Shown: in pieces, positions 32,801-40,083 of the stretch
Layout: every line of letters starts with the position of its first letter
Position numbering within the stretch: position 1 is the stretch's first letter
DNA from: Gaiellaceae bacterium
GTDB lineage: Bacteria > Actinomycetota > Thermoleophilia > Gaiellales > Gaiellaceae
Assembly: GCA_035457765.1 (NCBI GenBank)
Contig: DATIBA010000194.1
Location: 1 to 42,311 of the forward strand
Length of the DNA: 42,311 bases
Direction of reading: 5' to 3'
The notes under the pieces: generated by a model
The model's database searches: none
Told to the model about the DNA's origin: nothing
The model's input: only the letters and a program-made list of their open reading frames with translations
Program-made: the position numbers and the translations under genes

Positions 32801-33213
32801 GGCGCCGCGAGGACGCGGCGTCACAAGTGGATGTACTCCTTGCCGAACTCCAAGCCGGGGACGTGACGGACGTCAATTTCTGTGCCCCCCAACTGGCCGC
32901 TGCGATGGACGCGCTCGGTCGAGGGCAGGAGTTCCTCGAACGGGCGCCAGGCCTCGGAACGGCGACACCATGGCTCGAGGCTGCGTCGTGCTGGGTACGA
33001 GGAGAGTTCGGACGCGCGGCAGACCTGTTCGGCGAGATCGGCTCGCTCCCGGACGAGGCTCTCGCACGCCTTCGCGCGGCCGAGAAGCTCGTTGCCGGCG
33101 GCCGGCGCCCCGAGGCGGACGAGGAGCTCGCGCGGGCACTCGCCTTCTGGCGATCCGTGGGTGCGACGCGCTACGTCCACGAGGGCGAGGCGCTCCTCGC
33201 GGAGGCGAGCTGA
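29884..33213 (+). CDS. Zinc-ribbon / class III adenylate-guanylate cyclase / STAND (AAA_16) NTPase / TPR-repeat protein, paralog 2; no HTH
   Basis: 1109 aa, collinear with paralog 1 over its full length. The start ATG overlaps the paralog-1 stop (ATGA at 29884-29887). Same motifs: CPFCGRENPDDARFCGGC, VVFADLVGST, EKFIGDAV, GDVMNTAARL, GVPGIGKSRL, VLVFEDLHWAD. Ends ...LAFWRSVGATRYVHEGEALLAEAS*. Confidence 0.9.
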   Translation: MTLVCPFCGRENPDDARFCGGCATPLTVEHTARREERKVVTVVFADLVGSTARAERLDPEDVRAILAPYHERLRHELERHGGTVEKFIGDAVVGAFGAPVAHEDDPERAVRAALTIQDAIAELNDADPRLELEVRVGVHSGEALVSIGARPELGEAMVAGDVMNTAARLQSAAPPGGILVGEATYRATDRAIEYADHDPVTAKGKSGPLRAWLAVARRSRYGIDLGEGLRAPLVGRTEELDVLSSALSRVQARREAQLVTLVGVPGIGKSRLVQELFQVVEQTPELINWRQGRSLPYGEGVALWALGEIVKGQAGILESDRSDEASVKLSAAVHDLVSDDVEARWIERHLRPLAGIRDSPSVGEASLEEAFTAWRRFLESMAESRPTVLVFEDLHWADDALLDFVDSLADRVVDVPLLVVCSARPELLERRPGWGGGKRNATTLSIAPLSDEETARLLGELLDRAVLPAEQQLELLQRAGGVPLFAEEYVRMQHDGGTGDVPETLHGIVAARIDGLPRTEKALLQAAAVLGKVFWTDALAALADTGREGPDEMLFALERKEFVRRERRSTVAGARQLAFVHALVRDAAYGQVPRAERARLHRRAAEWIETLAPDRSEDRAEMLAHHYVAALEYARSAGIDVEELGVHAAKALREAGDRAYALNAYVAAARYYGSARELGPLDPKSLLAYGRALSSSERGGDDVFAAAAKAALAVDDVETAAEAEMERGILRFLQGDRDAAGSHFDEASSLVAAVGPSWAKAFVTSSISRFLMLAGRSDEAIEVGSEALAMAEELGLEGIRAHALNNIGTARANAGDRSGLDDLRTSIDISLEHNLPEARRGLNNLASLVFSFGDIRRAEALSRESAEVSERFGIIAAAYWDRAELAFCAYYAGRWDDAMRELNSLIEQSEEETRHYMEASCRDFRSRMSLARGDVGGAVDDVTVMLELAAGIKDPQVLHPARAAAANVFLDAGRREDAASQVDVLLAELQAGDVTDVNFCAPQLAAAMDALGRGQEFLERAPGLGTATPWLEAASCWVRGEFGRAADLFGEIGSLPDEALARLRAAEKLVAGGRRPEADEELARALAFWRSVGATRYVHEGEALLAEAS

Positions 33214-33220
33214 GGTCGAC

Positions 33221-33256
33221 CTCCTGAGGTAGGAGGGGGGCCTGCGCCCTCAGGAG
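33221..33256. terminator. Hairpin between convergent genes (terminator-like, no U-tract)
   Basis: 9-bp stem ctcctgagg (33221-33229) / cctcaggag (33248-33256) with an 18-nt loop. It sits in the 36-nt gap between the stop of cyclase paralog 2 and the stop of the MBL-rhodanese gene, and its 3' arm overlaps the latter stop. Confidence 0.35.
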
Positions 33257-34584
33257 CCGCAGCGGCGGAACTCGACGGTGGGCTTCCCGGCGGCCGCCCA
33301 GCTGTCGATCCCGCCGTTCACGACGGGATGCGCGTCGAAACCATGCGCCGCGAGGATGCTCGCCGCGATCGCTGCGCGAGGCCCAGTCTCGCAGATGGTC
33401 ACGATCGGGCGGTCTCGCGGAAGGTCGGCCTCGCCGAGCGCGAGCAGGCGGTACGGGATGTTGCGACTCCCCGCGATGTAGCCCGTGTCCCGCTCGTCCT
33501 TCTCCCGCACGTCGACGAGCTCCGCACCGTGCTCGAGAAGGGCGTCGAGCTCGTCGACCGAGACGAGCCCGAGCTTCTCAGGCCCTGCTCCGAGCACGTA
33601 TCCGGAGATCTCGAAGACCCCCACGGAGCGAAGTGCACGGATCGCCTCTGTCGCCTCCCCGGCATCCGACGCCGAGACGACGACCGGGCGTGGCTCCAGG
33701 ACGAACGCCGCTTTCGTCGAAAACCGCGTGCCCGTGACGGGTACGTTGAGTGCGCCGGCGAAGTGGCCCGCCGCGAACGCCTCGATCCGCCGGACGTCGA
33801 GCACCTGTGCGCCTTCGGGCGGAGCGGGCAGCTCCGGGGGCTCGGGCCGAGCGCCGACGAACGGGCCGCGATTCAGCTCCACGATCGCCTGCATGTTCGG
33901 CGGACGGGGCGCCGAGACCGCGGCCGACTCGGCGACGAACAGCGCCATGTCGTCGAACGCGAGCGCGTGGTTGAAGCGCCGCTCGAAGCCGATCGTCGTC
34001 GACGCCTTCGAGCTCATCGCCTTGCCGCAGAGCGACCCCGCGACATGGCCGGGGTAGACCTCGACGCCGTCTCCGAGCTCGACGAGGCGGCGCAGTGAGT
34101 GGAAGAGCCCCTCGGCGCCTTCGCGAGCCTCCACCGCGAGATCCGGGCGCGCCGCATCTCCGACGAAGAGGGAGTCGCCCGTGAGGACGACCCAGGGGTC
34201 GGGTCCGCGCGACCGGTCGGTCACGGCGAGGCAACAGTGCTCGGGCCGGTGTCCGGGCGTGTGGATGCAGCGCAGCACGACCTGGCCGACTTCGATCTCG
34301 TCTCCGTCCTCCATCGCGTCGTTCGGGTACGCGACGCCGGCCGCGGGGTGGATGCTGACCGGAACGTCGTGCTCGAGTGCGAGTCGCCCGTGGCCCGCGA
34401 CGTGGTCGGCGTGCGTGTGCGTCTCGATCGCGCGGACGATCTGCACGTCCTGGCGCGCCGCCGCTTCGAGGTACTGCTCGATGGCGAAGGCCGGATCGAC
34501 GACGACCGCGCTTCGAGCCTCCGCGTCGCCGACGAGGTACGACGCGCATCCGAGCGCGTCGTCGACGAACTGCGTGAAGATCAT
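33250..34584 (-). CDS. MBL-fold hydrolase fused to rhodanese domains (persulfide dioxygenase-sulfurtransferase type)
   Basis: 444 aa. Intact metal motif ETHTHADHVAGH and further His/Asp ligands (HTPGH, LFVGD). The C-terminal half has rhodanese-like repeats, the last with an active-site-loop Cys (VTICETGPRAAIA). Confidence 0.85.
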   Translation of the reverse strand: MIFTQFVDDALGCASYLVGDAEARSAVVVDPAFAIEQYLEAAARQDVQIVRAIETHTHADHVAGHGRLALEHDVPVSIHPAAGVAYPNDAMEDGDEIEVGQVVLRCIHTPGHRPEHCCLAVTDRSRGPDPWVVLTGDSLFVGDAARPDLAVEAREGAEGLFHSLRRLVELGDGVEVYPGHVAGSLCGKAMSSKASTTIGFERRFNHALAFDDMALFVAESAAVSAPRPPNMQAIVELNRGPFVGARPEPPELPAPPEGAQVLDVRRIEAFAAGHFAGALNVPVTGTRFSTKAAFVLEPRPVVVSASDAGEATEAIRALRSVGVFEISGYVLGAGPEKLGLVSVDELDALLEHGAELVDVREKDERDTGYIAGSRNIPYRLLALGEADLPRDRPIVTICETGPRAAIAASILAAHGFDAHPVVNGGIDSWAAAGKPTVEFRRCGS

Positions 34585-34658
34585 GGATGGGGCCGACCGT
34601 AGCAGCGGCTCCCGCTATCTCTCTTGAAGTGCCCGGCAGAGACCGGGAGAAGCCCTGG

Positions 34659-34901
34659 TCACGCAACCTCGGGATGCCTGATTCGAACTCGGTGCTCGCG
34701 ATAGCGGATCGCCTCGTACGCGACGACGAGGGCGCACACAGTGCTGACCAGGGCGAGAGCCGCCAGTGACGGAATCGCGACCGCAACGGGAACGAGGGCC
34801 AGCAGGACGATCGCCGCGCCGACCGTCACCGAAAGACGTACCGAGTCGCCCGGAAGAGGAACGCGATGTGCCCGAGCAGGTACAGGGCAGCACCGCCGCA
34901 C
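34659..34901 (-). CDS. Possible small membrane protein
   Basis: 80-aa ORF with a long hydrophobic core (VTVGAAIVLLALVPVAVAIPSLAALALVSTVCALVVAY) and G/C-biased third codon positions in the stretch I checked. I recognise no family and found no clear RBS. Confidence 0.35.
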   Translation of the reverse strand: MRRCCPVPARAHRVPLPGDSVRLSVTVGAAIVLLALVPVAVAIPSLAALALVSTVCALVVAYEAIRYREHRVRIRHPEVA

Positions 34902-35062
34902 AACGCCACTGCAGGCACGGTGTCGAGCGCCTCTCCTGCGCTGCTGATGTCGTCGGGATTGGCATCCTCGTCGAGGTCGCTCGACGACGCGGCATGGGTT
35001 TCATCGCCTCGCGCGACGGAGCTGGCGGCCGAGAAGGCGGCGAAGAAGGCTCAGGAAACCGA

Positions 35063-35599
35063 TTAGGCCCGTCTGCGCCAGGCGAGCATCGCGATCGCCA
35101 CGATCGACAGCAGGCCGATGAGCGCGACGACGCCTGCCAGCGCGAGGTTCTGCGACGGGCTCTCGCGCGCGGGCGTGATCGTCAGCGCGACAGGCCAGCT
35201 CACGACGCTTCCGCTCGGATAGCGCTGCTCGGCCTCGAGCTCGACGGCGCCCGGCTCGACGTCGGCCTCGAGTGTCATCCCGAAGGCGATCTCGTCGTCG
35301 GGCGCGAGCGGTCCGCCGACCCAGGTCGCCGTCGAGCCCTCGACCGACTCGTCCCAGCCCTCGACTTCGTGCGCGTGCTTGATCGCGAGCCCCACGGGGA
35401 GGGTCAGCGCGAATTCCGTCATCGGCTCGTCGCGCTCGTTCGGTCCCGAGAACGTGATCGACTCGGCGCTGCCGCTCGAAACGAAAGCCGGCACGGCGAC
35501 GACGTGAGCACCGGCGGGGCCGGCGAGCAGGAGCGCGACGGCGCCAAGAGCTCCCAACGCAATGAACGACCATGCCGCTGTGCGGCGGGCGATCATCAC
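35063..35599 (-). CDS. YcnI/DUF1775-like extracytoplasmic copper-binding protein with C-terminal membrane anchor
   Basis: The signal peptide ends ...LLLAGPAGA|HVVAVP, putting His first in the mature protein as in the YcnI family. A beta-rich domain contains GW. C-terminal TM is LALAGVVALIGLLSIVAIAMLAW. The gene starts 9 nt after the acyl-CoA dehydrogenase stop. Confidence 0.7.
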   Translation of the reverse strand: MMIARRTAAWSFIALGALGAVALLLAGPAGAHVVAVPAFVSSGSAESITFSGPNERDEPMTEFALTLPVGLAIKHAHEVEGWDESVEGSTATWVGGPLAPDDEIAFGMTLEADVEPGAVELEAEQRYPSGSVVSWPVALTITPARESPSQNLALAGVVALIGLLSIVAIAMLAWRRRA

Positions 35600-35608
35600 G
35601 TCAGAAGC

Positions 35609-36742
35609 TCATAGACCGAGATGGCGCGCGATGACCATCCGCTGCACCTCGTTCGTGCCCTCGCCGATCTCGAGGATCTTCTGGTCGCGGTACAGGCGCG
35701 AGACCGCCGACTCGTCCATGTACCCGAAGCCGCCGTGAATCTGGAGCGCGGCGTTCGCGACGCGGTTCGAGAGCTCGCCGGTGTAGAGCTTCGCCATGGC
35801 GGCCTCGCGCGCGAACGCGCGCCCTGAGTCCTTGAGCCAGGCGGCCTTGTGGACCATCGCGCGGCCTGCCTCGATCTCGGTCGCCATGTCCGCGAGTTTG
35901 AACTTGATCGCCTGGAAGGACGCGATCGGCTGGCCGAACTGGATGCGGTCCTTCGCGTACGCGTACGCGAGGTCGTAGGCCCCCTGCGCGAGCCCGACTC
36001 CCATCGCCGCGACCGAGATGCGCCCTCCGTCGAGGATCTCGAGGAACTGGCGGAAGCCGGCTCCGCGCTCCCCGAGCAGGTTCTCCTCGGGCACGGCACA
36101 GTCCTCGAACGCGAGCTCACGCGTGTCCGACGCGCGCCATCCGAGCTTCTTCATCGGCGTCGAGATCGTGTATCCGGGCGTCTCGTTCTCGACGACGATG
36201 TTCGAGATCTCGTCGTCGCCGGTCCGCGCGGTAATGGTCACTCCCCAGGTGATGTCCGTACCGGCGTTCGTGATGAAGAGCTTCGAGCCGTTGACGATCC
36301 ACGAGCCGTCTAGGAGTTCCGCCGTCGTGCGGGTCGCGCCTGCATCCGATCCGGCGTCGGGCTCGGTGAGGCCGAACGCTGCCAGGCGCCGGCCCGACGC
36401 GAGGTCGGGGAGCCAGCGGCGCTTCTGCTCCTCCGTCCCGTACAGCAGGATAGGCATCGTCCCGAGCGAGGTGTGCGCGGCCATGGTGATCGCCACGGAC
36501 GAGTCGATGCGCGTGAGCTCTTCGACCGCGATCGCGTACGAGAGAGTGTCCCCGCCGGCGCCGCCGTACTCCTCCGGGATCGGGAGTCCCATGAGCCCGA
36601 GCTCGGCGAGCTCCGCGACGAGCTCGTACGGGAAGCGGCCATCCCGGTCGAGCTCGGCGGCGACTGGCTCGACTCGTTCTCGCGCGAACGTCCTGACGGT
36701 GTCGCGGATCAGCTCCTGCTCGGGGGAGAGGTCGAAGTCCAC
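35609..36742 (-). CDS. Acyl-CoA dehydrogenase (short/branched-chain, isovaleryl-CoA dehydrogenase-like)
   Basis: 377 aa with the ACAD pattern throughout (LSPEQELIRDTVRTFARE..., GLTEPDAGSD, WITNG-like FITNAG, QIHGGFGYMDE, YRDQKILEIGEGTNEVQR). GTG start at 36742. Confidence 0.92.
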   Translation of the reverse strand: MDFDLSPEQELIRDTVRTFARERVEPVAAELDRDGRFPYELVAELAELGLMGLPIPEEYGGAGGDTLSYAIAVEELTRIDSSVAITMAAHTSLGTMPILLYGTEEQKRRWLPDLASGRRLAAFGLTEPDAGSDAGATRTTAELLDGSWIVNGSKLFITNAGTDITWGVTITARTGDDEISNIVVENETPGYTISTPMKKLGWRASDTRELAFEDCAVPEENLLGERGAGFRQFLEILDGGRISVAAMGVGLAQGAYDLAYAYAKDRIQFGQPIASFQAIKFKLADMATEIEAGRAMVHKAAWLKDSGRAFAREAAMAKLYTGELSNRVANAALQIHGGFGYMDESAVSRLYRDQKILEIGEGTNEVQRMVIARHLGL

Positions 36743-36743
36743 G

Positions 36744-36766
36744 CCGCGCGGATGGTAACCGCGCGG
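36744..36766. promoter_or_regulatory. Inverted repeat (candidate operator or hairpin) in the divergent ACAD/SCP2 intergenic region
   Basis: ccgcgcgg (36744-36751) - atggtaa - ccgcgcgg (36759-36766). The 8-mer is self-complementary, so the pair is both a direct and an inverted repeat. It lies 1 nt upstream of the ACAD GTG, inside a 62-nt divergent spacer. Confidence 0.3.
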
Positions 36767-36804
36767 TAGGCTCCGCCCCGTTCCAGCGAGAGGAGAAGGA
36801 GACG

Positions 36805-37110
36805 ATGGCGAGCGTTCAGGAGTTCTTCGAAGGTCTGCCGGCCCGCGTGTCCGCGGATCGGATCGCCGGCATGAACAACACGTACGTCTTCGACATCGAG
36901 GGCGCCGGCGCCTGGACCGTCGCGATCGCGAACGGCACGATCGAGGTCACCGAGGGCGCCGGCGACGCTGACACCACGTTCTCGGCGAGCGAGGAGAGCT
37001 TCGCGAAGATCGTCGCGGGCGAGCAGAACCCGACGACCGCCTACATGACGGGCAAGCTGAAGATCAAGGGCGACATGGGCGCGGCCATGAAGCTCCAGAA
37101 GCTCTTCTGA
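36805..37110 (+). CDS. SCP2 sterol/lipid-carrier domain protein
   Basis: 101 aa. Typical SCP2 pattern (...YVFDIEGAGAWTV...FSASEESFAKIVAGEQNPTTAYMTGKLKIKGDMGAAMKLQKLF). GGAGAAGGAG lies upstream. Confidence 0.85.
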   Translation: MASVQEFFEGLPARVSADRIAGMNNTYVFDIEGAGAWTVAIANGTIEVTEGAGDADTTFSASEESFAKIVAGEQNPTTAYMTGKLKIKGDMGAAMKLQKLF

Positions 37111-37129
37111 CCCAGGGGGTCCGCGGGCG

Positions 37130-37489
37130 ATGATCCTCCTCGTTCGCTTCCTCGTCCTCTGGGGGCTCAACGTCCTCGCGCTGATCGTCGTCGACTGGAT
37201 GTTCGGCGGGGTGACGATCGGGCGCTGGGGCTCGCTCCTCCTCGGCGCGTTCGTCCTGACCATCGGCAACTCGATCCTCAAGCCGATCCTGGCGATCCTC
37301 ACGCTCCCGCTCATCATCGTCACGTTCGGGCTCGCGTACTTCGCGCTCAACGTGCTCATGCTGGCTCTCGCGGAATGGATCGCGCCGAACTTCACGATCG
37401 ACGGATTCTGGACCTACGTCGGAGCCACCATCGTCGTGTGGCTCGTCAACTTCTCGGTCGGGTGGCTGCTCGACCGCATCCGCGGGTAA
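37130..37489 (+). CDS. Phage-holin-family (Phage_holin_4_2 / YvlD-like) small membrane protein, paralog A
   Basis: 119 aa with four hydrophobic segments. Family-like strings: NVLALIVVDWMF.G..I, NSILKPILAILTLPLIIVTFGLAYFALNVLMLALAEW, IDGFWTY. Confidence 0.7.
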   Translation: MILLVRFLVLWGLNVLALIVVDWMFGGVTIGRWGSLLLGAFVLTIGNSILKPILAILTLPLIIVTFGLAYFALNVLMLALAEWIAPNFTIDGFWTYVGATIVVWLVNFSVGWLLDRIRG

Positions 37490-37499
37490 CGAGGCAAGG

Positions 37500-37961
37500 G
37501 TGATGACCTGGTACGAGCTATGGCTGTTCCTGCACATCGCAGGAGCGATGGTCTGGATCGGCGGGGCGGTCGCCGCTCAGATCTTCGGCGTGCTGGCGAA
37601 GCGCTCGGGCGATCCTCAGCGGTCGGCGGCGTACGGGCGTGACATGGCCTTCGTCGGCCCGAAGATCTTCATGCCTGCGGCGATCGTCGTCCTCGTCACC
37701 GGCGCTCTCGTGACGGAAGAGGGGAACTGGGACTGGAGCGAGCCCTTCGTCTACCTCGGGCTGATCGGAGGCGTCGGAGTCGCGCTCATCGCCTTCCTCT
37801 ACCTCACACGGGCGATGGGCGCCGCGGGTGCGGAACTCGCTCGGGAAGGCCCGAGCCCGGCGCTCGTCGCCCGCGTCGACCGCCTCGTCCTCGTCGCTCG
37901 ATTGCTCATTCTCGTCCTGTTCGTGATCGTGTTCCTCATGGTCGTCAAGCCCGGGACGTAG
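37500..37961 (+). CDS. DUF2269-like integral membrane protein
   Basis: 153 aa with four TM segments. The N-terminus WLFLHIAGAMVWIGGAV resembles the DUF2269 family. Start is GTG 37500 or ATG 37503. Confidence 0.6.
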   Translation: MMTWYELWLFLHIAGAMVWIGGAVAAQIFGVLAKRSGDPQRSAAYGRDMAFVGPKIFMPAAIVVLVTGALVTEEGNWDWSEPFVYLGLIGGVGVALIAFLYLTRAMGAAGAELAREGPSPALVARVDRLVLVARLLILVLFVIVFLMVVKPGT

Positions 37962-37974
37962 CGTCCGAGGGAGG

Positions 37975-39645
37975 CTAGTTCTCGAGCTCGACGAGAAGCG
38001 CGCCGCCCGCGACGCGATCGCCGGGGGCGACGTGCACCGCCGTCACGCTCGCGTCGAAGGGCGAATGGACGGGGATCTCCATCTTCATCGCCTCGAGGAC
38101 GACGAGCGCCGAACGCGCCTGAACCGAGTCGCCCGCCTCGACCTCGACGCGGATGACCGTCCCGGGCATGGGGGCGACGACCGTGCTCTCGCCGTGGGTT
38201 GCGCCAACGCGATGCGACTCGACGTCGACATCGGGAGGAGGTGCCGCGGGTGGAGCCGGAAGGTTCAGCCGCCATGGTCTTCGCCAGACAGCGGGTGACA
38301 GCACGGGCGGGTTAGGGGAGAGGGGCGGATGCTCGGTGAGAAAGGCGGTCGTCACCTCGGCCGCGCGGACGACCGGGTGTGCGACGAGCCAGCGCAGGAG
38401 GGAGAGGTTCGTCGTGACACCTGTGACCTCGGTCTCGTCGAGGGCCGCGGCGAGCGTGTCGAGCGCATCTTCCCGGTTCTGCCCGTGGGCGACGAGCTTC
38501 GCGATCATCGAGTCGTACGCGATGCCGACCTCGTCGCCTTCCTCGACGCCCGCATCGACCCGAACGCGTCCTGCCTCACCTCGCAGCGGACCGTTGCCTG
38601 GGAACGTCAGGCGGTCGATTCGACCGGCCTGTGGGAGGAACGACCGCGGATCCTCGGCGTAGAGGCGCACCTCGATCGCGTGCCCGTCGACGGCGGGCCC
38701 CTCGACACCGCACCCGCCGGCCTTGTCGCTTCGAGCCACGAGCTGCTCTCCTTCGGCGATGCGAATCTGGCGCTCGACGAGGTCGAGGCCGGTGACCGCC
38801 TCCGTGACCGGATGTTCCACCTGGATCCGGCCGTTGAGCTCGAGGAAGAAGAACTCGTCGCCGTCGACGATGAACTCGACCGTTCCCGCGCCGCGGTAGC
38901 CGATAGCCTGGCCGAACGCCACCGCGGCGTCGAGCATTCGGTCCCGCAGCCGCGTGTCGAGGCGAGGAGCGGGCGCCTCCTCGAGGATCTTCTGATGACG
39001 GCGCTGCACGGAGCAGTCGCGCTCACCTACCGCGACGACCCCTCCCTGAGCGTCGGCGAGGAGCTGCACCTCGACGTGTCGTGGGCGCTCGAGGTACCGC
39101 TCGCAGTACAGGGCGCCGTCCCCGAACGCGCCGGCGGCCTCGCGCTCTGCGGCAGCCAGCGCCTCGTCGAGGTCTGCCTGCGACCGCACGACGCGCATGC
39201 CACGGCCGCCGCCTCCCGCTGCCGCCTTCACGAGCAGCGGAAAACCGAGCTCGCGCGGATCCCCGTCCGGAAGCACCGGAACACCCGCCTTCCGTGCGGT
39301 TCGCTTCGCCTCGATCTTGTCGCCGCCGCGACGGAGCGCTTCGGGCGGGGGCCCGACCCAGGTCAGCCCGGCTGACTCGACCGCTTCCGCGAAGTCGCTT
39401 CGCTCTGCGAGGAACCCGTAACCGGGGTGGATGGCGTCGGCCCCGACCGATCTCGCGGCCCGGATGTGCTCCTCCGAGCGGAGGTAGCCCGCGATCTCGA
39501 CGACCTCGTCGACCGAGCGCGCGTGGAGCGAGCCCGTGTCGTCCGGCGCGACGACGGCCACGGTGGCGATCCCGAGCCTGCGGCACGTGCGAAACACGCG
39601 GACCGCAATCTCGCCACGGTTGGCAACGAGCAGCTTCCCGATCAT
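37975..39645 (-). CDS. Acyl-CoA carboxylase alpha subunit (biotin carboxylase + biotin carboxyl carrier domain)
   Basis: 556 aa. MIGKLLVANRGEIAVRV..., ATP-grasp core (LLVKAAAGGGGRGMRVV, EVQLLAD, ERDCSVQRRHQK, LELNGRIQVEHPVTE). C-terminal biotinyl-lysine motif VLEAMKMEIPV. Confidence 0.93.
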   Translation of the reverse strand: MIGKLLVANRGEIAVRVFRTCRRLGIATVAVVAPDDTGSLHARSVDEVVEIAGYLRSEEHIRAARSVGADAIHPGYGFLAERSDFAEAVESAGLTWVGPPPEALRRGGDKIEAKRTARKAGVPVLPDGDPRELGFPLLVKAAAGGGGRGMRVVRSQADLDEALAAAEREAAGAFGDGALYCERYLERPRHVEVQLLADAQGGVVAVGERDCSVQRRHQKILEEAPAPRLDTRLRDRMLDAAVAFGQAIGYRGAGTVEFIVDGDEFFFLELNGRIQVEHPVTEAVTGLDLVERQIRIAEGEQLVARSDKAGGCGVEGPAVDGHAIEVRLYAEDPRSFLPQAGRIDRLTFPGNGPLRGEAGRVRVDAGVEEGDEVGIAYDSMIAKLVAHGQNREDALDTLAAALDETEVTGVTTNLSLLRWLVAHPVVRAAEVTTAFLTEHPPLSPNPPVLSPAVWRRPWRLNLPAPPAAPPPDVDVESHRVGATHGESTVVAPMPGTVIRVEVEAGDSVQARSALVVLEAMKMEIPVHSPFDASVTAVHVAPGDRVAGGALLVELEN

Positions 39646-39696
39646 GGGTCCACTCTACGGGGCGTTCTGCCGGTCGATCTTGTACGGTCTCCTGCC

Positions 39697-40083
39697 GTGA
39701 TCCGCCTGATCGTTCGGACGCTCGTCGCCCTTGCCGCGAACGCCGTGGGCCTCATCGTCGCCGCCTCGGTGCTCGACGGCATGGAGCTCAACGCGACCGG
39801 GTTCATCACCGCGCTCGTCATCTTCACGATCGCGTACGCGTTGCTGATGCCGTTCCTCGCCAGCCAGCTCCGGCGGGGCGGATCGTCGCTGCTCGGAGGG
39901 GTCGCGCTCGTTGCCACGCTCGTCTCGCTGATCGTGACCTCGCTCATCGCGGACGGTCTCTCGATCAGCGGGATCGGGACGTGGATCGCGGCGACGGTGA
40001 TCGTCTGGATCGCATCGCTCCTCGCGGCCTTCATCCTCCCGTTCCTCGGGCTGAAGAAGTACCTCGAAGAGCGGCGCGCCTAG
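39697..40083 (+). CDS. Phage-holin-family (Phage_holin_4_2-like) small membrane protein, paralog B
   Basis: 128 aa from GTG 39697 (VIRLIVRTLVALAANAVGLIVAASVLDGMEL..., FTIAYALLMPFL, ISGIGTWIAATVIVWIASLL). Same topology and string order as 37130..37489. The upstream part of the track ORF (39427-39696) is antisense to the carboxylase and not credible. Confidence 0.65.
   Translation: MIRLIVRTLVALAANAVGLIVAASVLDGMELNATGFITALVIFTIAYALLMPFLASQLRRGGSSLLGGVALVATLVSLIVTSLIADGLSISGIGTWIAATVIVWIASLLAAFILPFLGLKKYLEERRA

Noticed and set aside
34587-35066. Alternative ORFs in the 34585-35062 region (34615..35004 -, 34741..34947 +, 34766..35614 +, 34866..35066 +).
   Set aside because: These are Arg/Pro/Ser-rich low-complexity translations with no motifs. 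Only the 80-aa hydrophobic frame 34659..34901 (-) has a coding-like composition, and even that is called at low confidence.
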